Source: Bacillota bacterium (lineage in GTDB: Bacteria; Bacillota_I; Bacilli_A; RF39; UBA660). From it: a stretch of 64,000 nucleotides of DNA. Shown piece after piece: positions 49,977-60,960 of the stretch. The translations under genes were made by a program, and so were the position numbers. Location of the stretch: positions 35,440-99,439 of the forward strand of contig SVAW01000004.1 of the NCBI GenBank assembly GCA_015059195.1. The letters are read 5' to 3'. Within the stretch, counting starts at the first letter, position 1, and each line of letters starts with the position of its first letter. The notes beneath the pieces were generated by a model. The model did no database searches. It saw only the letters and a list, made by a program, of their open reading frames with translations, and was not told where the DNA came from.

Positions 49977-50804
49977 ATGGAATATTCACCTAAAAAAATG
50001 ACAGCATTATTAGAAAAATACGGGTTTACATTAAAAAAGAAATTTGGGCAAAATTTTATCATAGATGAGAATGTAATAAACTCAATTATCGCAAAAAGCC
50101 ATGTAGATAAAGAAACTATGGTGATAGAAATCGGACCGGGCGCAGGCAGTCTCACTTATAAATTAGGGTTATCTGCCAAAAATGTTTTGTGTTATGAAAT
50201 AGATGAAACGATAAAAGAACTTTTATATTATAATATTGGTGAGCTTAGTAATGTCGAAGTGATTTATAAAGACTTTTTAAAAGCTGATGTTATTAATGAT
50301 TTAAAAAAATATAGTTATTCTAAACTATATGTGGTTGCTAATCTTCCATACTATATAACAACTCCTATTATTATTAAAATCATTGAAGATGAGATTCCAG
50401 TTGATAAAATGGTAGTTATGGTTCAAAAAGAGGTTGGAGATAGATTTAAAGCGGTTCCTGGTAGTAAAGATTATGGTTCATTATCAGTCTTTTTGGATTA
50501 TTATTTTGATATTAAAAAATTAATAGATATTAGTTCTAATGTATTTGTTCCTAAACCAAATGTCGATAGTATTGTTGTTGAGTTTAAAAAAAAGGAAGAA
50601 CAATATGAGTTAAAAAATAGTAAGCTTTTCTTTAAATTGATTAGGGATAGCTTTACTCAAAAAAGGAAAACATTACGTAATAATTTAAAAGGGTATAATT
50701 TAGAAAGTGTAGAAAAGACATTAAAAAAACATAATCTAGATTTAAGTGTTCGAGCAGAGCAGTTGCCATTAGAAATTTTTGTAGAAATTGCGAATAATTT
50801 ATAA
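49977..50804 (+). CDS. rsmA: 16S rRNA (adenine1518/1519-N6)-dimethyltransferase
   Basis: KKKFGQNFIIDENV, EIGPGAGSLT and NLPYYITTPI motifs. Confidence 0.94.
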   Translation: MEYSPKKMTALLEKYGFTLKKKFGQNFIIDENVINSIIAKSHVDKETMVIEIGPGAGSLTYKLGLSAKNVLCYEIDETIKELLYYNIGELSNVEVIYKDFLKADVINDLKKYSYSKLYVVANLPYYITTPIIIKIIEDEIPVDKMVVMVQKEVGDRFKAVPGSKDYGSLSVFLDYYFDIKKLIDISSNVFVPKPNVDSIVVEFKKKEEQYELKNSKLFFKLIRDSFTQKRKTLRNNLKGYNLESVEKTLKKHNLDLSVRAEQLPLEIFVEIANNL

Positions 50805-50854
50805 TTAGACATTTTAGGACAAAAAATTGTTCTAAAATGTTTTTTGGTGATGCT

Positions 50855-52177
50855 ATGTTAGAAATGTTAAATAAAAGTGTGTGGGCTATTGCCACTACCA
50901 TGATTATATTATCCGGTGTTTATTTTTCTAAAAAATTTGGTTTTGTACAATTTAGGTTTAAAGAAATGTTTCTGAATTTATTTAAAAAAGATAAAAAGGA
51001 AAGAGGAATTAGTCCCATCCAGAGCTTTTTAATGACACTTGGTTCACGAATTGGTGTAGGGAGTATAGCGGGTGTGTCATTGGCGTTATATTTGGGAGGG
51101 CCGGGTAGTGTTTTTTGGATGTGGATCAGTGCTTTTATATCTGCACCTAATACATTTTGTGAAACTATTCTGGGTATTGTTTATAGAGAAAAAGATGGTA
51201 ATAATTTTAAGGGCGGCCCGTCCTATTATATTAGAAATGGTTTAGGAAAACCGAAATTAGGAAAGGTTTATGCGATTATTATACTGGTTAGTTTCGTCGG
51301 CGGATTTGTGGGAATTCAAGGAAATACTATAACTAAATCTTTGTTAGAAATAGTCTCAATACCAAAGGAAATAATAGGTATAGTTTTAGTTTGCTTAGTT
51401 TCTTTAATAGTTTTTGGAGGACTAAAAAGAATAGCCTCTTTTTCGGAAAAATTGGTTCCTTTTATGACTATCTTATATGTTGGAATAGCTCTATTTGTAG
51501 CGGTGAAAAATATCAGCTTAGTTCCAAGAATTTTTTGGACTATCATAAGTTCTGCATTTCAATGGAAATCAATATATGGTGGATTTGTTGGTAGTTTGAT
51601 AATTGGTGTGCAAAGAGGGATATTTTCCAATGAAGCAGGATTGGGTACGGGGAGTATAACTTCATCGACATCGTCAACAGATTCGCCTACATCACAAGGA
51701 TATATTCAAATGTTAGGAATATATGTTACCACATTACTTATTTGTACAGCTACTGTTATTATAGTGATGACATCAAATTATTCAGAGTTAGTTTTGAATG
51801 ATGTTAATGGGATTGAAATAACTCAACATGCATTTAAATTCCATTTAGGGGATTTTGGTAATCTCTTATTGTTTCTATCTGTTTTATTATTTTCTTTCAC
51901 AACTATTTTAACTGGGTATTATGATGGAGAATCTAGTTTGAAGTATTTATTTCATAATCTGAAATCAAAACATTTAAGCGCTTTAAAGATTACATCATTA
52001 ATATTGTTGTTTGTAGGGTGTGTTTTACCGTCTGAGACACTGTGGTCGTTTGTAGATATTTTGATGGCTTTGTTAGCAATTATTAATATATATGCAATTT
52101 TTGCATTAAAGGATGATGTAAAGGAGGAATTAAGGTGCTATAATAGTACTAAATATGATAAAATAAGTAAAAGGTGA
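50855..52177 (+). CDS. Alanine/glycine:cation symporter (AGCS family)
   Basis: GGPGSVFWMWISAFI, RGIFSNEAGLGTG and about 11 TM segments. The start codon (50837, 50855 or 50864) is uncertain. Confidence 0.85.
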   Translation: MLEMLNKSVWAIATTMIILSGVYFSKKFGFVQFRFKEMFLNLFKKDKKERGISPIQSFLMTLGSRIGVGSIAGVSLALYLGGPGSVFWMWISAFISAPNTFCETILGIVYREKDGNNFKGGPSYYIRNGLGKPKLGKVYAIIILVSFVGGFVGIQGNTITKSLLEIVSIPKEIIGIVLVCLVSLIVFGGLKRIASFSEKLVPFMTILYVGIALFVAVKNISLVPRIFWTIISSAFQWKSIYGGFVGSLIIGVQRGIFSNEAGLGTGSITSSTSSTDSPTSQGYIQMLGIYVTTLLICTATVIIVMTSNYSELVLNDVNGIEITQHAFKFHLGDFGNLLLFLSVLLFSFTTILTGYYDGESSLKYLFHNLKSKHLSALKITSLILLFVGCVLPSETLWSFVDILMALLAIINIYAIFALKDDVKEELRCYNSTKYDKISKR

Positions 52178-52184
52178 TGTAGTC

Positions 52185-52841
52185 ATGATTAACAAACAGT
52201 GGGATAAAGTGTTGGAAAATGAAACCCAAAAGGAATATTTTCGCAAATTAGGTAAATTTGTCAAGAACGAGTATAAAAAGCATATCTGCTATCCAGAGTA
52301 TAGTAATATATTTAATGCTTTACGCTATACTGATTACGAAAATGTAAAGGTAGTTATATTGGGACAGGACCCATATCATGGTGAAGGAGAAGCACATGGT
52401 CTTTCTTTTTCGGTTTTAGATGGAGTGAAGAGACCGCCATCTTTAAATAATATATTCAAAGAGTTATATTCGGATTTAGGAATTAAAAGAACAAATAATT
52501 GTTTGAGCGATTGGGCCCACCAAGGGGTACTTTTATTAAATGCGATTATGACAGTAGAAAAAGATAAGCCTCTATCTCATAAAGATAAGGGATGGGAAGA
52601 GTTTACTGATGCAATAATTAAGACGTTAAATGAAAGAAGTAAGCCAGTTATATTTGTGTTATGGGGAAGTTTTGCGAGAAGTAAAAAAATACTTATTACT
52701 AATCCCCATCATCACATTATTGAATCGCCACATCCTTCTCCATTGTCTGCATCACGTGGTTTCTTTGGAAGTAAACCTTTTTCTAAAATCAATAAGTATT
52801 TAAATATTGACGGAATAGAGCCAATAAACTGGCAAGGTTAA
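52185..52841 (+). CDS. ung: Uracil-DNA glycosylase (family 1)
   Basis: VVILGQDPYHG, GVLLLN and HPSPLSA motifs. Confidence 0.95.
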   Translation: MINKQWDKVLENETQKEYFRKLGKFVKNEYKKHICYPEYSNIFNALRYTDYENVKVVILGQDPYHGEGEAHGLSFSVLDGVKRPPSLNNIFKELYSDLGIKRTNNCLSDWAHQGVLLLNAIMTVEKDKPLSHKDKGWEEFTDAIIKTLNERSKPVIFVLWGSFARSKKILITNPHHHIIESPHPSPLSASRGFFGSKPFSKINKYLNIDGIEPINWQG

Positions 52842-52890
52842 TCTTGCCTAAAAATGGCAATTGATATAAAATAATAAAGAGGTGTTGAGA

Positions 52891-54219
52891 ATGGATCACG
52901 CATATGAATTTTTGTCAAATGAGTTGGGAATAAAATATGGAGATGCAGTAGTTGTTGCTTGTTCTGGTGGACCAGATTCTATGGCCTTACTACATATGCT
53001 TTATAGATTGAAAAAGTCTTTAGATATAGAGGTTATTTGTGCTCAAGTAAATCATAATACAGGTAGAATTGGTCAAGCCGAGGAACAAGAGTTTGTAAAA
53101 AAATATTGTAGAAATCACAATTTAACTTTTGAGGGCCTTACTATTGAGGATTATGGGGATGATAATTTTCATAATGAAGCTAGAAGTAAAAGATATTGTT
53201 ATTTTGGAAAAATAGTAAAGAAATATAATGCAAAATATTTATTTACAGCCCATCACGGAGATGATCTGACTGAAACTATACTAATGCGTATAGTAAGAGG
53301 ATCTACGCTAAGAGGATATAGTGGCTTTTCTAAAGTTGTTGAAATGGATGGATATAAAATAGTTAGACCTCTAATTGAAGTTGATAAAAATATGATTTTA
53401 GACTATAACAAAAACAACAAAGTTCCGTTTGTACAAGATTCATCTAATTCCAAGGATGTATATACGAGGAATAGATTTAGAAAATATATTGTTCCAGAAT
53501 TTAAGAAAGAGGATAAAAAAGTCAATGCTAAGTTTTATAAGTTTAGCAAGATTTTGCTTGAATATAATGAATATATAGATAAGCAAATGAAAAAAGAACT
53601 AAAAAAAGTATACCCTCAAAATGTCTTAAATATTGATAATTTTCTAAAGCTTGATAATGTGATTGCGATGAAGGTAATATATTATATATTAGAACAAAAA
53701 TATCAGGATGATTTAATGTTAATAACTGATCATCATGCAGAACTTCTATATCAATTAATTTGTTCAAAGAGAGCAAATATCACTATCCATTTGCCTAATA
53801 ATATTAAAGCTATCAAATCATATAATACTTTAGTATTGGCTGAAGAACACATGACTAATAATGAATATGAAATTGAAATTATCAAATATGTTAATCTGCC
53901 AAATGGGAAAAATATTGAAGTAATAGATAATAGCAAAGATAATACCAATGACGTTTGTAGATTAGATAGTACTGAGGTGTGCTTACCGTTACATGTTCGC
54001 AGTAGGAAAAACGGGGATAAGATTTACATTAAAGGCATGTTAGGAAGTAAAAAACTGAAAGATATTTTCATTGATGAAAAAATACCTCAAGTGGAAAGAG
54101 ATTTGTGGCCAGTAGTAGTAGATGCTAAGGAAAATATAGTTTGGATTCCAGGATTAAAAAAATCAAAATTTGATAAGAAAAATACTGATAAGTGTGATAT
54201 AATACTAAAGTACTATTAA
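52891..54219 (+). CDS. tilS: tRNA(Ile)-lysidine synthetase
   Basis: PP-loop ACSGGPDS and TAHHGDD. ATG at 52891 after AAAGAGGTG. Confidence 0.92.
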   Translation: MDHAYEFLSNELGIKYGDAVVVACSGGPDSMALLHMLYRLKKSLDIEVICAQVNHNTGRIGQAEEQEFVKKYCRNHNLTFEGLTIEDYGDDNFHNEARSKRYCYFGKIVKKYNAKYLFTAHHGDDLTETILMRIVRGSTLRGYSGFSKVVEMDGYKIVRPLIEVDKNMILDYNKNNKVPFVQDSSNSKDVYTRNRFRKYIVPEFKKEDKKVNAKFYKFSKILLEYNEYIDKQMKKELKKVYPQNVLNIDNFLKLDNVIAMKVIYYILEQKYQDDLMLITDHHAELLYQLICSKRANITIHLPNNIKAIKSYNTLVLAEEHMTNNEYEIEIIKYVNLPNGKNIEVIDNSKDNTNDVCRLDSTEVCLPLHVRSRKNGDKIYIKGMLGSKKLKDIFIDEKIPQVERDLWPVVVDAKENIVWIPGLKKSKFDKKNTDKCDIILKYY

Positions 54220-54235
54220 GAAAGGAAGTTTTTTA

Positions 54236-56203
54236 ATGAATAAGAAAACAGTAAAAAAAGGGCTGTTACCATATTTATTTTTATTGATGGTTATATTAGG
54301 AGTTATGTATTTTTTTAATATATCAAATCAAAAAATAAATGTCATCACATATACTGACTTTGTAACGGCGGCAAATGAACAAAAAATAACAGAGATAGTG
54401 ATTATTCCAAAAGGGAATGCCGGATTATATCAAATAGAAGGAAAAATGGAAGGATATTCTGAAAGTGAGATGTTTGTGTTAAAACTACCTTATTCTGATG
54501 AGGTTATGTCGCAAATTATTGCTTTGCAACAAGTATCTAATTTTAAAATGGATGCTATAGCAGATCCAGATTCAAGCACATTCTTATTATTCTTAATAAA
54601 CGTATTACCAATGATATTGTTGGTTGGAGGTGCTTTCTTCTTTATTTCAAGACAAATGGGTAGTGCTAATAAATCTATGGATTTTGGAAGAAGTCGAGCT
54701 CGTTTAAATGAAGATTCTAAGAAGGTAACATTTAAACAAGTTGCTGGCTTGGATGAAGAAAAGGAAGAAGTGGCAGAGTTAATAGATTTCTTAAAGAATC
54801 CTAAAAGATTTCAAAGGCTTGGAGCCAGAATACCCAAAGGAGTATTATTGGTTGGTCCTCCAGGAACAGGAAAGACGCTATTAGCGAGAGCTGTCGCTGG
54901 TGAGGCTAATGTACCATTCTATTATATTAGTGGTTCTGAATTTGTTGAATTGTTTGTAGGTGTTGGTGCTAGCCGTGTAAGAGATATGTTCAAACAAGCA
55001 AAACAAACTGCCCCATGTTTAATCTTTATAGATGAAATAGATGCAGTAGGGCGCCAACGTGGTGCAGGACTTGGTGGAGGCCATGACGAAAGGGAACAAA
55101 CCTTGAATCAGTTATTAACTGAAATGGATGGATTTGGTGCCAATGAAGGAATTATTATTATTGCGGCAACAAACCGACCTGATGTTTTAGATCCAGCATT
55201 GCTTAGACCAGGAAGATTTGATAGACAGGTTACAGTAAATTTACCAGACGCTAAAGGTCGTGAGGCTATATTAAATGTCCATGCAAATGGCAAAACTTTC
55301 GCAGAAAATGTTAAACTTTCTAATATAGCCAAACGAACTGTAGGATTTAGCGGAGCTGATTTGGAAAACTTACTTAATGAAGCCGCATTACTCGCAGTGC
55401 GTAGAAACAAAGAAGTTATAACTATGTCAGAAATAGACGAAGCTCATGATAGAGTGTTGATGGGCCCTGCCAAAAAGAGTCATAAATATACAGAAAAAGA
55501 AAAGAAAATTGTTGCGTATCATGAAGCAGGTCATGCAGTGATTGGATTAAAGTTAGATGGTGCTAATGATGTTCAAAAAATTACAATAGTTCCACGTGGA
55601 GCAGCAGGAGGATACAATTTAATGCTCCCAAAAGAAGAGACCTTCTTATCTACTAAAAAAGAATTGTTAGAAACGATAAGCGGATTATTAGGTGGGCGAG
55701 TTTCGGAGGAAATTGTGTTTGGTGAAATTACAACTGGGGCTCATAACGATTTTGAAAAAGCTACAAAAATTGCACGCGCTATGGTAACTGAATACGGAAT
55801 GAGCTCGTTAGGTCCAGTGCAATTTGAACATCAAGAGTCTAGTGTATTCTTGGGAAGAGATTATAATAAAAGTAGAAACTTCTCTAGTCAAGTTGCTTAT
55901 CAAATTGATGAGGAAATTAGGAAAATTATTTCTGAGCAATATGCAGTTACAACTAAGATTTTGGAGGAAAACAGAGAATTGTTAGATTTAATTGCAAACT
56001 CATTATTAGAGCATGAAACTATAACTAAGGAACAAATTGATTATTTAGTAGAACATGGGTGTATGCCAGATGATGAAGTAAAAGAAGCAACGTTATCAGA
56101 TTTAACTATAACTGAACTTCGCGCAATGGCTAAGGAAAAAGGAATTAAAGGGTATACTAGATTATCAAAAGAAGAATTGGTTAAATTATTAGAAGAAGAG
56201 TAG
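54236..56203 (+). CDS. ftsH: ATP-dependent zinc metalloprotease FtsH with a C-terminal Rho_N/HeH-like extension
   Basis: Two N-terminal TM segments, Walker [12 protein letters not shown] region, and zinc site HEAGHA. The last ~39 aa are [39 protein letters not shown]. Confidence 0.96.
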   Translation: MNKKTVKKGLLPYLFLLMVILGVMYFFNISNQKINVITYTDFVTAANEQKITEIVIIPKGNAGLYQIEGKMEGYSESEMFVLKLPYSDEVMSQIIALQQVSNFKMDAIADPDSSTFLLFLINVLPMILLVGGAFFFISRQMGSANKSMDFGRSRARLNEDSKKVTFKQVAGLDEEKEEVAELIDFLKNPKRFQRLGARIPKGVLLVGPPGTGKTLLARAVAGEANVPFYYISGSEFVELFVGVGASRVRDMFKQAKQTAPCLIFIDEIDAVGRQRGAGLGGGHDEREQTLNQLLTEMDGFGANEGIIIIAATNRPDVLDPALLRPGRFDRQVTVNLPDAKGREAILNVHANGKTFAENVKLSNIAKRTVGFSGADLENLLNEAALLAVRRNKEVITMSEIDEAHDRVLMGPAKKSHKYTEKEKKIVAYHEAGHAVIGLKLDGANDVQKITIVPRGAAGGYNLMLPKEETFLSTKKELLETISGLLGGRVSEEIVFGEITTGAHNDFEKATKIARAMVTEYGMSSLGPVQFEHQESSVFLGRDYNKSRNFSSQVAYQIDEEIRKIISEQYAVTTKILEENRELLDLIANSLLEHETITKEQIDYLVEHGCMPDDEVKEATLSDLTITELRAMAKEKGIKGYTRLSKEELVKLLEEE

Positions 56204-56299
56204 AAAACTCTTTTTCTTTTTAGTAGCAAAATAATATAGATTTATGCAATAGTTTGTGTTAAAATAAATATGGTAATAATTAGAAAATGGTGATGTATA

Positions 56300-57085
56300 A
56301 TGGGTAAAATAATTGCCTTAGTTAATCAAAAAGGTGGGGTAGGTAAAACTACTTCTAGTATAAATTTGGCTGCTTCTTTAGGGGTTTTAAAAAGAAGAGT
56401 ATTACTTGTGGACTTAGATCCCCAAGGAAATAGTACGACAGGAATCGGGATAGATAAAGCGGAAATAAAGAAGAGTGTATATGATTTATTAATTGATAAT
56501 GCCACACTAGAAGAGGTGGTAGTCAAAACAAAATTTAAAAACTTATGTGCTATTCCTGCAACAATAAACTTAGCAGGTGCCGATATTGAATTGATGGAAA
56601 AAAGCAGGTTAGAACCTGGTTTTGTTAAAGGTGGTCAATTAAAGAAATATTTATCGCAAGCAAAAGAGGTTTTTGATTATATTATTATAGATTGTCCACC
56701 AAGTTTAGGAATTCTTACTACTAATGCATTAACTGCAGCAGATTCAGTAATAATCCCTGTTCAATGTGAGTTTTTTGCGTTGGAGGGTATTATGCAATTA
56801 CTAAATACGATTATGCTGGCTCAAAAAAATTTAAATCCTACTTTAGATATAGAGGGTGTATTGCTAACAATGTTAGATAATCGTACAAATTTAGGATTAG
56901 AGGTTGTGGAAGACATAAAAAGCTATTTTAAAGAAAGAGTATACGATACAATAATTCCTAGATTAGTTCGCCTATCAGAAGCGCCAAGTCACGGAAAACC
57001 AATACTTGCATATGATCCACATAGTCGTGGAACAGAGGCGTATTTAAATTTAGCAAAGGAAGTGATTGAGCGAAATGGAAACTAG
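56300..57085 (+). CDS. soj: Chromosome partitioning ATPase ParA/Soj
   Basis: Deviant Walker A NQKGGVGKTT and DCPPSLG. Confidence 0.94.
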   Translation: MGKIIALVNQKGGVGKTTSSINLAASLGVLKRRVLLVDLDPQGNSTTGIGIDKAEIKKSVYDLLIDNATLEEVVVKTKFKNLCAIPATINLAGADIELMEKSRLEPGFVKGGQLKKYLSQAKEVFDYIIIDCPPSLGILTTNALTAADSVIIPVQCEFFALEGIMQLLNTIMLAQKNLNPTLDIEGVLLTMLDNRTNLGLEVVEDIKSYFKERVYDTIIPRLVRLSEAPSHGKPILAYDPHSRGTEAYLNLAKEVIERNGN

Positions 57086-57953
57086 AAAAAGAGCATTAGG
57101 ACGCGGATTAGAGCAATTATTCAACAGCGAAAATTTAGACTTGGATAGTATGGAAAAGCAAATTTATGAGAGTGCATCTAAAGAAGAAATTGTAGAAATC
57201 AATATTGAAGAGTTACGACCAAACCCATATCAACCAAGAAAAGTATTTAAAGATGAAGCGTTAGACGAACTAGCTGAATCTATTAAAGAACATGGCGTTT
57301 TTCAACCTATAATTGTAAAAAAAAGCATCAAGGGATATGAAATTATTGCTGGAGAAAGACGTTATCGTGCATGTAAAAAAGCCGGGTTATCAACAATTCC
57401 GGCAATAGTAAGAACTTTTACTGATGAACAAATGATGGAAATAGCGTTATTAGAAAATTTGCAACGTGAAAATTTGAGTGCTATAGAAGAAGCTCAAGCT
57501 TATAAGTCAATGATTGAAAAGTTATATTTGACTCAGGAACAATTGGCTAAAAAGGTAGGAAAAAGTCGTAGTCATGTTACAAATACTTTAGGGTTGTTGA
57601 GATTACCTTTAGAAGTTCAACAATTAGTCGCTGAAGACAAAATCAGTATGGGTCATGCTAGAGTGTTAAGCAAATTGGAATCAAACGAAAAGATTATTGA
57701 ATTTGCAAATCAAATAGTTAATAGCAAAATACCTGTGCGTGATTTAGAAGCGCTTACTAATAGTACTGATTTAGAAAGAAAAGTGAAAATTACGCGTGTG
57801 AAAGATTCAAATAATGAGTTTAAATATGTAGAAGATTTATTTAGGGAAAAGCTTGATACAAAAGTAAAAATTAAAAATCATAAAATTGAGATTTCATTTA
57901 GTAATGTGGCAGATTTAAATAGGATATTAGATGTGTTAAATGTTAAAGAATAA
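57075..57953 (+). CDS. spo0J: Chromosome partitioning protein ParB/Spo0J
   Basis: ALGRGL, PNPYQPR and GERRYRA motifs. The HTH has ParB-type residues (GKSRSHVTNTLGLL, SMGHAR). ATG at 57075 overlaps the end of soj. Confidence 0.93.
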   Translation: METRKRALGRGLEQLFNSENLDLDSMEKQIYESASKEEIVEINIEELRPNPYQPRKVFKDEALDELAESIKEHGVFQPIIVKKSIKGYEIIAGERRYRACKKAGLSTIPAIVRTFTDEQMMEIALLENLQRENLSAIEEAQAYKSMIEKLYLTQEQLAKKVGKSRSHVTNTLGLLRLPLEVQQLVAEDKISMGHARVLSKLESNEKIIEFANQIVNSKIPVRDLEALTNSTDLERKVKITRVKDSNNEFKYVEDLFREKLDTKVKIKNHKIEISFSNVADLNRILDVLNVKE

Positions 57954-57994
57954 CATTGTCTATACTAGCTTTAAACTATAAGTGGTGATTAATA

Positions 57995-58180
57995 TTGGAA
58001 AAAGAATATAAAATAGGAAGTGTTGTTGTCATGAAAAAACAGCATCCGTGTGGAAGCAACGAATGGGAAATTACACGTGTTGGGGCAGATATTAAAATTA
58101 AATGCTTAAATTGTGGCAGAAGTATAATGCTTCCAAGAATTGAATTCAACAAAAAAATAAAAAAAATTATAAGTTATTAG
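57995..58180 (+). CDS. DUF951-family small protein
   Basis: KKQHPCGSNEWEITRVGADIKIKCLNCGRSIMLPRIEF matches the DUF951 zinc-ribbon-like pattern. TTG start after GTGGTGA. Confidence 0.75.
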   Translation: MEKEYKIGSVVVMKKQHPCGSNEWEITRVGADIKIKCLNCGRSIMLPRIEFNKKIKKIISY

Positions 58181-58189
58181 GAGGAAAAT

Positions 58190-59707
58190 ATGAATAGAAA
58201 ACAAAAAAATAAAAAAGTATTTGGTCCAATAACAATAATGATTATAATTTCTGCTGTAATAGCCATATTAAGCTGGATAGCTTCCGTAGTAGGTCTTCAA
58301 GCAGACAAGACTATAATTAATAATGGAATGTTAGAAACGTCCCTTACTACAGTAAATAATTTTTTAAGTGCAGATGGAATCAAGTATTTGTTTGGCAATG
58401 CGCTACTTAATTTTCAGATGTTTAAACCATTAGTAATGGTTATAATATCATTAATTGCTTTTGGCATTGCAGATACTAGTGGCTTGCTGCAAGTGCTATT
58501 TAAAAGTCTTCGTAATCTAAAGTCTTCGACTGTGACTTTATTGGTTGTTTTAGCCGGGTTTGTTTCAACTATTTTTGGTGATTACAGTTTTGTATTACTA
58601 CTGCCTCTTGCAGGTTTAGTTTATAAGTATATTGGTAGAAACTCAGTTTTAGGTGTTATTACAGCATTCTTAGGTATTACTTTAGGGTATGCTTCAGGTT
58701 TAATATTTAACTATGATCATTATTTACTGGGGATATTAACTCAAATGGCTGCAACTATTGATGTGGATCCAAATTATTCATATAGTAATTTTTCAACATT
58801 ATATATAATGTTGGGATCGATGTTAGTTATGGTTCCGTTAGTTGCTAAGATAATAGATATTAAAATAGCACCAAAATTTAAAAAACCATTAATTGAAGAA
58901 AGTGATATGGGTGTTTCTAAAAAAGGATTGATATATACATCTATTGCATTTATTGTAATGATATTAATGTTAACATATATGATCACTCCGGTTATTCCTG
59001 GTGGTGGAATTTTGTTGGATAACAGTCAAGACGTATTTATAGCTAGACTGTTTAGCGATTCTGCACCATTTAAAGAGGGGTTTATGTTAATATTCTTACT
59101 TATGATGATGATATGTGGTTTTATATATGGTAAGGCATCAAAAAATTTAGAGACTAGTCAAGGATTTACTGAAAGCTTGGCAAAATGTCTTCAAAATTCA
59201 GGTTATTTATTGGCGTTAATGTTTTTTGCATCACAAATGATCGCAATTCTAGAATGGACTAATTTAGGAGAAATAATTGTTTGCAAAATTGTAGAAATGC
59301 TAAGTTTATTGCAAATATCAGGAGTACTATTGATTGTTGTATTTATGATATTGGTAATTGTAATGACAATTTTTGTACCATCTACACTAATGAAGTGGAC
59401 ATTAGTTTCGCCGTTAATCGTTCCATTATTTATGAGAGCTAATATTACACCTGATATGACTCAGTTTGCGTTCCAAGTAGCAGATGGAATTGGGAAATCA
59501 TTTACTCCATTGTTTTCCTTCTTTATAATATTGCTTGGATTTATGCACAATAATAACGCTGATGAAGAATATAGTATTTCAATATTCGGAACAATAAAAG
59601 CAGTGTTACCAACTGTACTTATTATTGCTATATTCTGGATTGTTTTGGTTGCGATTTGGTACTTGGCCGGTTTCCCTATAGGAATAGCTAGTAGCTCAGT
59701 ATTATAA
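58190..59707 (+). CDS. AbgT-family transporter (p-aminobenzoyl-glutamate / short-peptide-type transporter family)
   Basis: 505-aa polytopic protein. The C-terminal third matches E. coli AbgT as I recall it: W.L.SPLIVPLFM … FQVADGIGKSFTPL … VLPTVLIIAIFWIVLVAIWYLAGFPIG versus …LLAWYLVGLPIG. Confidence 0.75.
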   Translation: MNRKQKNKKVFGPITIMIIISAVIAILSWIASVVGLQADKTIINNGMLETSLTTVNNFLSADGIKYLFGNALLNFQMFKPLVMVIISLIAFGIADTSGLLQVLFKSLRNLKSSTVTLLVVLAGFVSTIFGDYSFVLLLPLAGLVYKYIGRNSVLGVITAFLGITLGYASGLIFNYDHYLLGILTQMAATIDVDPNYSYSNFSTLYIMLGSMLVMVPLVAKIIDIKIAPKFKKPLIEESDMGVSKKGLIYTSIAFIVMILMLTYMITPVIPGGGILLDNSQDVFIARLFSDSAPFKEGFMLIFLLMMMICGFIYGKASKNLETSQGFTESLAKCLQNSGYLLALMFFASQMIAILEWTNLGEIIVCKIVEMLSLLQISGVLLIVVFMILVIVMTIFVPSTLMKWTLVSPLIVPLFMRANITPDMTQFAFQVADGIGKSFTPLFSFFIILLGFMHNNNADEEYSISIFGTIKAVLPTVLIIAIFWIVLVAIWYLAGFPIGIASSSVL

Positions 59708-59743
59708 AAGTATATAAAAATTGAATAATTTATGGTAAAATAA

Positions 59744-59770
59744 AGAAGAATTAGATTTAATTCTTTTTTT
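59744..59770 (+). terminator. Terminator after the AbgT-family gene
   Basis: AGAATTA-GATT-TAATTCT hairpin followed by a T-run. Confidence 0.5.
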
Positions 59771-59792
59771 ATTGAAAGGAAGAGGTGTTAAT

Positions 59793-60893
59793 ATGAGTTT
59801 AACTGCAGGAATTGTTGGGCTTCCGAATGTAGGAAAATCAACTTTGTTTAATGCGATTACTAAACAACACATTTTGGCTGCCAATTATCCATTTGCTACA
59901 ATAGACCCTAATGTAGGGGTGGTTACTGTTCCGGATAAAAGATTAGATTATCTAAATGAACTGTATCAACCCAAAAGTTTGGTTCCAACGACATTTGAAT
60001 TTACAGATATTGCAGGTCTTGTTAAGGGGGCTTCAAAGGGTGAAGGTTTAGGTAATCAGTTTTTATCTCATATAAGAGAAGTTGATGCGATTGTAGAGGT
60101 AGTTAGGTGTTTTGAAAACAAGAATATAATCCATGTTGAAAACGAGGTTGATCCTATTAGGGATATAGAAATTATAAATGTTGAGCTCATGCTTTCTGAT
60201 TTAGAAATAGTTGATTCGCGAATTTCAAGGATTGAAAAAAAAGCAATTCAGACTAAAGATAAGGATTTGTTAAAGGAACTCGACTTATTAAAAAGGATTA
60301 AAGATGCTTTGGAGGAAAATATTCCGGTTCGCAGGATAGTAATGAGTGAAGATGAAAGCAAAATGATTAGTTCTTTTAGGCTAATAACTGCAAAACCTAT
60401 TATATATATGGCTAATATTAGTGAAGAAGATTTGATGAATGACGGCAACAGTTATGTTGATTTGATTAGAGAATATGCATCTAAAGAGAATGCGAAAGTA
60501 ATAACTGTTTCGGCTAAAATTGAAGAAGAGTTAAGCGAACTAGATGATGCAGAAAGAGAAATGTTTTTATCTGATTTAGGTGTTTCTTCTGGTGGGTTAG
60601 ATAAGCTTATTCAAGCCACATATTCTCTATTAGGCCTTGCAACATATTTTACTGCCGGTAGTGATGAGGTAAGAGCTTGGACATTTAAGCAAGGAATGAA
60701 AGCCCCATCTTGTGCAGGAATAATCCACACAGACTTTGAAAAAGGCTTTATCAGAGCAGAAGTTATGAGTTATGATGATTTAAAAAATTGCGGCGACGAA
60801 AAACGTGTTCGCGAAGCTGGCAAAATGAGGTTAGAAGGAAAAGAGTATATAATGCAGGATGGAGATATCTGCTATTTTAGGTTTAATGTATAA
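59793..60893 (+). CDS. ychF: Redox-regulated ribosome-binding ATPase YchF
   Basis: MSLTAGIVGLPNVGKSTLFNA start. C-terminal TGS/YchF domain (YFTAG…EVRAWT, IHTDFEKGFIRAEV). Confidence 0.95.
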   Translation: MSLTAGIVGLPNVGKSTLFNAITKQHILAANYPFATIDPNVGVVTVPDKRLDYLNELYQPKSLVPTTFEFTDIAGLVKGASKGEGLGNQFLSHIREVDAIVEVVRCFENKNIIHVENEVDPIRDIEIINVELMLSDLEIVDSRISRIEKKAIQTKDKDLLKELDLLKRIKDALEENIPVRRIVMSEDESKMISSFRLITAKPIIYMANISEEDLMNDGNSYVDLIREYASKENAKVITVSAKIEEELSELDDAEREMFLSDLGVSSGGLDKLIQATYSLLGLATYFTAGSDEVRAWTFKQGMKAPSCAGIIHTDFEKGFIRAEVMSYDDLKNCGDEKRVREAGKMRLEGKEYIMQDGDICYFRFNV

Positions 60894-60928
60894 TAAAAAA
60901 AGAATTTAATAATATAATTAAAATAAGG

Positions 60929-60957
60929 TTTACAAATTAGTTTTTGTTTGTTATAAT
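60929..60957 (+). promoter_or_regulatory. Sigma-A promoter of the rpsF-ssb-rpsR operon
   Basis: TTTACA (60929-60934), a 17-nt spacer, then TATAAT (60952-60957). Confidence 0.55.
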
Positions 60958-60960
60958 CAA

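Noticed and set aside
55588-55603. parS-like sequence AGTTCCACGTGGAGCA inside ftsH.
   Set aside because: It has three mismatches to TGTTNCACGTGAAACA, and the sequence is dictated by the conserved FtsH peptide IVPRGAAGG. It is probably not a functional ParB site.
57455-57480. Looked for the internal parS that B. subtilis carries within spo0J.
   Set aside because: The best candidate (TTTGCAACGTGAAAAT) has 6 mismatches. I conclude that this spo0J has no internal parS.
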